Of a DNA stretch of 64,000 nt, positions 58,631 to 64,000 are shown piece by piece. The DNA comes from Podarcis bocagei. Taxonomy: Eukaryota. The translations under genes and the position numbers were made by a program. The notes beneath the pieces were generated by a model. It searched no databases and was not told the DNA's origin. It worked only from the letters and a program-made list of their open reading frames with translations. Position 1 is the first letter of the stretch; every line of letters begins with the position of its first letter. The DNA is taken from the NCBI GenBank assembly GCA_964188305.1, contig OZ076886.1. One strand, written 5' to 3'.

Positions 58631-59337
58631 CAGGGTTGTCGTACCCATTAGGATTAGTGGCGCCCTGCGCCATGGCGCCCACCCATCAGGGGTGCCCAGC
58701 AGCAGGAGTCCAAGACCAACCAGGAATAGCTGCGATGGCATGCTGGGTGGCGGTGGCAGTGGCTCTTCCTACAGCCAGCCACACTCTCTCACTTCCTGCC
58801 TGGGAGAGGAGGCAGTGGCAGTGGCACGCAAAGCTACACAGCGACCTTCTCCCGCCTGCCCGCCCTGCGTGGCAAGTGAGCCTCAAGCTACCCAGCACAG
58901 GGGGCAGGGAGGATGGGGAGAGGGGCCAAGAACATCACCCTCCGACACTTCCGTCGAGGAAAAAGCTGGAGGAGGGATTCATTCAGATTTGGGGCAGTGG
59001 GAGGGGAAAGCTGGGGGGGGGCGCATTATCATTAAGACTCAGTTCGGAGGTAAGGATGGACTCGAGAGCATGCTCTCCATGCAGTTAGTGGTTAAAAACA
59101 AACACCAACAAAAAGTCCTATAAAGACGGGGGCGGGTTTTAAGGTCCTATTGCTTTGGAATCGAGGACTTTATTAAATTTTCTTCTGCCTTTTCATTTTA
59201 TTTTGTTCTAAGGGCTTGTTAGAGATAATGTGTAACAGCAACTCTGGGGAACCTTTACTAAAAAAGGTCAACAACTCTGGGAAATGGGGGGTGGGCCATT
59301 TTGCACCACGGCGCCGGATATGCTTAAGACGGCCCTG
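58631..59337. mobile_element. GC-rich non-autonomous hAT-like transposon (~707 bp)
   Basis: Imperfect TIR CAGGGttGTCgTA / TAaGACggCCCTG; 8-bp flanks cctgcgtc / cctgcacc (6/8 match); subterminal GGCGCC motifs. Confidence 0.6.
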
Positions 59338-60126
59338 CCTGCACCTGCCACTTTGATTCCATAAAAACAAGAATCACAGAGCTGTAAAGTTGGAAGGGAC
59401 CCTAAGGGCCATCTAGGCCAACCCCCGGCAATGCAGGAATTGCAACACCAGAGTTCTCCAAGTGAGCCAGCTCCCAGGAAGCCAAACGCTGGCAATGATT
59501 GTGGAGAAGTTCCCTGGGCCCGGCTGGCATCAGGTCTTCCCCACCCTTCTGTACTGCTCGCCCCCTTACCTGGGCAGGACTCTCTCGCCTCTCTGTAGCT
59601 CTCTACATGGCTGGCAGCCATATTGCTCCTGGTGGGCCAAGGCGCCATCACTCCTGGCCAGCGCATAAGTGGCGATTCCCTCGCCCTGCACCGTTGTACC
59701 CTCACCGGCTCCCCTGAAAGTTCCTCAGAGAGAAAGATAATGCAGGAAGATATGGGTTGCAAGTTAATGAAACTATGTCCCCCTGAGGGCTCCCCTGAAT
59801 GTTCCTCAAGTCTCTCAAGGGTGCCCCGGTTGACAACTAATGCACTAGTGAGATCCTGTCCTCTGTTAGCCAGGAAGGGTGTCTCTCTTTATTCTTAGTA
59901 TTGTAGCACAGCTTTGCCAACTTGGTGCTGCCATCCAAATGTTTTGGGCTATGACTCCTGTCAACCCTAGCCAGAATGGCTGTAGTCCCAAACATCTAGA
60001 GGGCACCACCAGCTTGCAGAAGACTGCTGTAGCACCTGAGTGCTCTCCGTCGTTTCACTGCTACCATCACAGGAGTGGTGCCCATTCACAGCTTTCAGCA
60101 GGCTGGTGGCATTGCCTAAGCAACTA

Positions 60127-60370
60127 GAAGAAGAAGAGTTTGGATTTGATATCCCGCTTTATCACTACCCTAAGGAGTCTCAAAGCGGCTAACAATCTCC
60201 TTTCCCTTCCTCCCCAACAAACACTCTGTGAGGTGAGTGGGGCTGAGAGACTTCAAAGAAGTGTGACTGGCCCAAGGTCACCCAGCAGCTGCATGTGGAG
60301 GAGCGGAGATGCGAACCCGGTTCCCCAGATTACGAGTCTTATCACTCTTAACCACTACAGCACACTGGCT
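60127..60370 (-). mobile_element. tRNA-derived CORE/MIR-like SINE (Squam2-like)
   Basis: Minus-strand head gccagtgtgctgtagtggttaagagtg, B box ggttcgcatc, core gtgaccttgggccagtcac, L2-like tail ending in (TTC)n; an older copy lies at ~35935-36070. Confidence 0.8.
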
Positions 60371-62811
60371 CTAGCAATGGCTGAAACCCGAAGAGGTTGG
60401 TCTGTATAGTTCAGGACTCCTCCAGATGTAGTTCCAGGATTCTGTGGCATTACTGAGGCTTATGGAATCACACAAGGATAAACTTGGCCATTCCTGGTCC
60501 TCATCTGGATGTGCATATGCTTAGTGGGGTGTGGTTGATTCACTTTCAAACAACCACCTGGCTTAATTATAGCTGAAAGAATTGAGTTAGCTGGTAAGTG
60601 GAAATCTGTGGAGGGGCCTGGGCCAGAGGATTAGCTAAACCTGAACTGGGATGCAGTCTATATGGTGAGCTGGGGAGAAGATAGATCAGGGATGGAGAGG
60701 GAGCCTCTCCAGAGGTTGTTGGCAGAGGTGTTCCAAGGCTTCCTTGCACCCTTGGCAAGGAACTGTACTGGCACACACACATGCCAACCCATGTGCCCTT
60801 GGAGCCCCAATGGGAACTTGGATGACTGGGGAGGGGCCCTGCAGGGTTGCTGCAATGGCCCACATCACCTCTGCCAAGGTGCCCAGAGGAGCCTGCATGC
60901 CTCACCTGGCTGTCCAGTGCAGTGGAGGAGCGGTTCAGGGAGTGTGCTGGTGTGCTCCTAGGCACTCCAAGCCAGAGTGATTTTTGCACACATACACCTG
61001 GACCTGCGCCCTTTGCAGGTACCAATCTGACCAACCCCTAGGTACGCCCTTGGTTGTTGGGTTCCAACTCTCAGCTTGACCAGTTGTCAGGGATGGTAGG
61101 AACTGGCATCAACAACATCTGAAGGACTACAGGTTCCCAATCCATGAGGTAGAGTGCATTTGTAGAGTCAAAACTGATTGATCTTAATGATGTAAGAAAT
61201 CTGAATATGACCGTAAATAAAAGCTTGCTGCAGCTGTGACAAGAGGTTTAAATCTGAACATGTATGAGTTGCATGCATTAGGAACAACCCTCTGGCCCCC
61301 CAATTCATAGCTCCCTTTATAAGATTCATTTCGTTCCATCCAAGTGCTGTGTAGCTGTTTCTGGAGCCAGCAACAAATCTACAGCATTTCAGAGGTTGGC
61401 TCCTTCTTGGGAAAATAATGACTGTGCAGAGGACTATTGAGGAGCAAAGGTTCAACATAATACAATGGCCCGTCATTTGGATCAGCATGATTATTACTTT
61501 TCTGTTGCTTGTTTACCATATTCCCCCAGCTGTCCTGCAAACTATCTTCCTTTCTCATTGGGCAAACACCAACACCTCAAACTGCTCTCCCCTTCAGAGG
61601 AAAAATATACACATAAGCCCTCCTCTTTTCCCCCTCTCTGGTTCTTGCCATCCTTTTATTTGTTGCCCTTTCTCTTCCATTGAGTACAGGGGTTGGCACA
61701 GAGCCATCTTGGCAACAACCTGCTTTCACTTGCTAATCATTCTAAATATTGAAAATCAACGCCTAGAATAAACAGCTCTGCAATGGGGCCCAGTCTTTGC
61801 TCAGTTTGGAAATGCTAATCTGCCCAGCTTTTGTTTCCTTCAGGAGGATTTGACGCCTTGCCTTCTGAGCAGGTCACAGCTGATGGTTCCCCAACCCCTA
61901 CCCCCCCCCTTTACATTTTTTTTCCTCATCCTGAAAATTCGTCCCCTTCTAACATTACTCACTAGGGTGGGAAAAAATAAGGAATGGTGCAGGGGAGCAG
62001 AAGGGCTGCACACATGGTGCATAATAATGAAGAAGTGTCCAAAGTTGAGGAATCCAGCTTCCAGTGCAGAGAAGAATCCAGAAATTCAGATATGTTGTTC
62101 AAATGCCCCTTTGCTTGGCAAAATGAAGCCAGAGATTTCGTGGGAATGGGCTCTTTTCTTCTTCTTCCCCTTTGTTCTTTTTGGGAGTTCTCGTGCTTGT
62201 TCTCATCAGTTGGATAGTCTAAATTTTAGGCTCTTAAAAAAAGCAGCAAGTGTCTTGGGCTACAGTTCTAATCCAGGATCAAATGGGAAATGTTGAAGCT
62301 TAATAGCTTCATTGTTCAGTTTTGTTCCTCAACCAATTTTGGTTTGTGGGGCATTCTAGCCCAGCCTGCCTGCCCGCAACTGCCATAGGATTTACTAGTT
62401 AAGAAGAATTGCTCTCGTATATGAAGCTGAAGTCCATTTCACACATTACGCAGAAGCGAACTCAAGCCACTAAATGTGTGCTCAACAGATTGCTGCAGGC
62501 AGAACTCCCCAACTAGTACACCTGCAAGATAATGTACTGCAAGCTTGTGTTTTACATCTTAACTTAGGGGAGGTGGCTATGGAAGGAATTCAACCTAGCG
62601 CTAAGGAAATTGTTCCACCAGCATAAGGATTTCAGCTTGCAAGCAGAATGATCTCCCGTCTACTCACGTGCTGTGTTCTGGGGGTTTCCTTGACCCATAC
62701 ACTGAACCAATAGGGAGGTGCAGGGGTGGGAGAAGAGATGGGAAAGCCCCATTGCACTAGGAGAAGTCCTTGCATTGGCTTCTGCTAGTGGGACTCATTA
62801 GTTGACTCTAG

Positions 62812-62980
62812 CCCATAGCTCAGTGGTAGAGCCCATGCCTTGCATGCACTGGGTTCCAGCTTCAATCCCTGGCATCTCCAGATAGGACTGAGGAAGACAT
62901 CTGTCTGGAACCCCGGAGAACTGCTGCCAGTTCATCTACTGGGCTAGATGGACCAATGATCTGACTTGATATAGAACAGC
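62812..62980 (+). mobile_element. tRNA-derived SINE (Squam3-like)
   Basis: atagctcagtggtagagc A box, ttcaatccctggcatctcca B box, body gctgccagt...gctagatggaccaatg. Confidence 0.75.
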
Positions 62981-63399
62981 ATGCATCTACAAAATGAAAC
63001 TGGGTCTGTAAAGCAACAATATGGCTTGCCTCGGATACAGCATATATTTGACTTATTTTCGGTGTTGTATCATCTCACAACATTTGCGAGTGACACAATT
63101 AGCGCAAGAGACAGACAGTGCAATCCTAAGTGTGTCTACTCAGAAGTACAGGTCCTAAGAGTTCAGTAGGTTTGCTCCCAGGCAAGTGTGTGCAGTGTTG
63201 CAGCCTCAGTGACATGTTTTGGTGTCTGATTTGAAAATAATCTATCACTGAATCATGTTTATTATCCTACCACTTCTAAAAAAGACCCAGCACTGGAAAA
63301 GATCTCATGAGTTCCCCAGGCCATTCATATTGTTGTCATAGCTGGAGAGTGGATCTAGGAAGGATCTACTTGGGTTTTCTGTTTTATTATCATTGCTTA

Positions 63400-63533
63400 A
63401 GGTCTAAACCACTGAGCCTTGGGCTTGCAGATCGGAAGGTCAGCGGTTCGAATCCTCGCGATGGGGTGAGCTCCCGTTGCTCGGTCCTTTCTCCTGCCAA
63501 CCTAGCAGTTCAAAAGCACATGAAAGTGCAAAA
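63400..63533 (+). mobile_element. Sauria SINE 5' fragment
   Basis: taaaccactgagcc...ggttcgaatcctcgcgatggggtgagctcccgttgctcgg matches the copies at 17662 and 25111. Confidence 0.85.
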
Positions 63534-63659
63534 ATAGCCCTTCACTTGTTAAATAGTATTCTAATACTATTAGAGTATCAGAATACGGAATACAGCCAAT
63601 GATAATCTAGCTTGGTGTGCCACAAACAGGAGAGATCTCTCACAGGCTTGAAGGCAATA

Positions 63660-63911
63660 CAGTGGTGCCTCGCAAGACGAAATTAATTCGTTCTGCGAGT
63701 TTTTTCGTCTTGCAAATTTTTCGTCTTGCGAAGCAATGCACCCTGGGTATTAGCGGTTTTAAGAAAAAGGAAACAAACTTGCAAGACGTTTTCGTCTTGC
63801 GAAGTAAGCCCATTGGGAAATTCGTCTTGTGAAGCAACTAAAAAAACCAAAAACTCTTTCGTCTTGCGAGTTTTTCGTCTTGCGAGGCATTCGTCTTGTG
63901 AGGTACCACTG
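63660..63911. mobile_element. Tc1/mariner-type MITE with internal TTCGTCTTGCGA repeats
   Basis: TIR CAGTGGTGCCTCGCAAGACGAA / TTCGTCTTGTGAGGTACCACTG, TA TSD. Confidence 0.88.
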
Positions 63912-64000
63912 TACGTCCATATTGAGTTGCCAGCACTTGGGGGGTCAGCTTCTGTGCTTTTAAAGAGGTTTGCTTTGCAGTCATTAGCAGGTAACTGTGC

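Noticed and set aside
57305-59762. Cluster of 150-200 aa overlapping ORFs on both strands
   Set aside because: Expected in GC-rich, stop-poor DNA; low-complexity peptides, partly inside a transposon
62812-62880. tRNA-Ala-like gene
   Set aside because: Cloverleaf is degenerate and continues into a SINE body
63660-63911. CRISPR-like repeat array
   Set aside because: Eukaryotic context, irregular short spacing, and bounded by TIRs and a TA TSD, so it is a MITE

Overview
Vertebrate genomic DNA, almost certainly a squamate and probably a lacertid lizard, judged from the Sauria SINEs, Squam-type SINEs, a tRNA-Lys/CR1-tail SINE and a BovB relic. Two intron-containing genes lie in tandem on the + strand. 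(1) The 3' part of RNF157, a RING E3 ligase and MGRN1 paralog: 17 GT-AG coding exons between 2465 and 31135 join into 1860 nt of continuous frame (619 aa plus stop). Exons 1-2 lie upstream of the window, and a ~2.9 kb 3'UTR ends near AATAAA at 34044. (2) A complete FOXJ1, the motile-cilia forkhead factor: a CpG-rich promoter at ~37.5-38.25 kb, a non-coding exon 1, and coding exons 39740-40261 and 47467-48285 (446 aa). The rest is intron or intergenic DNA rich in SINEs, LINE fragments, hAT and Tc1-mariner MITEs and microsatellites, with one 130-N gap. Almost all ORF-track entries are spurious. I cannot prove a new biological system. The best leads are a 41-nt stop-containing RNF157 cassette exon that swaps the C-terminus, a candidate poison exon in intron 2, Penelope-type minimal hammerhead ribozyme motifs, intronic fold-back elements, and a MYB/forkhead/CCAAT motif cluster upstream of FOXJ1. 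Exon numbers follow the human gene from memory.
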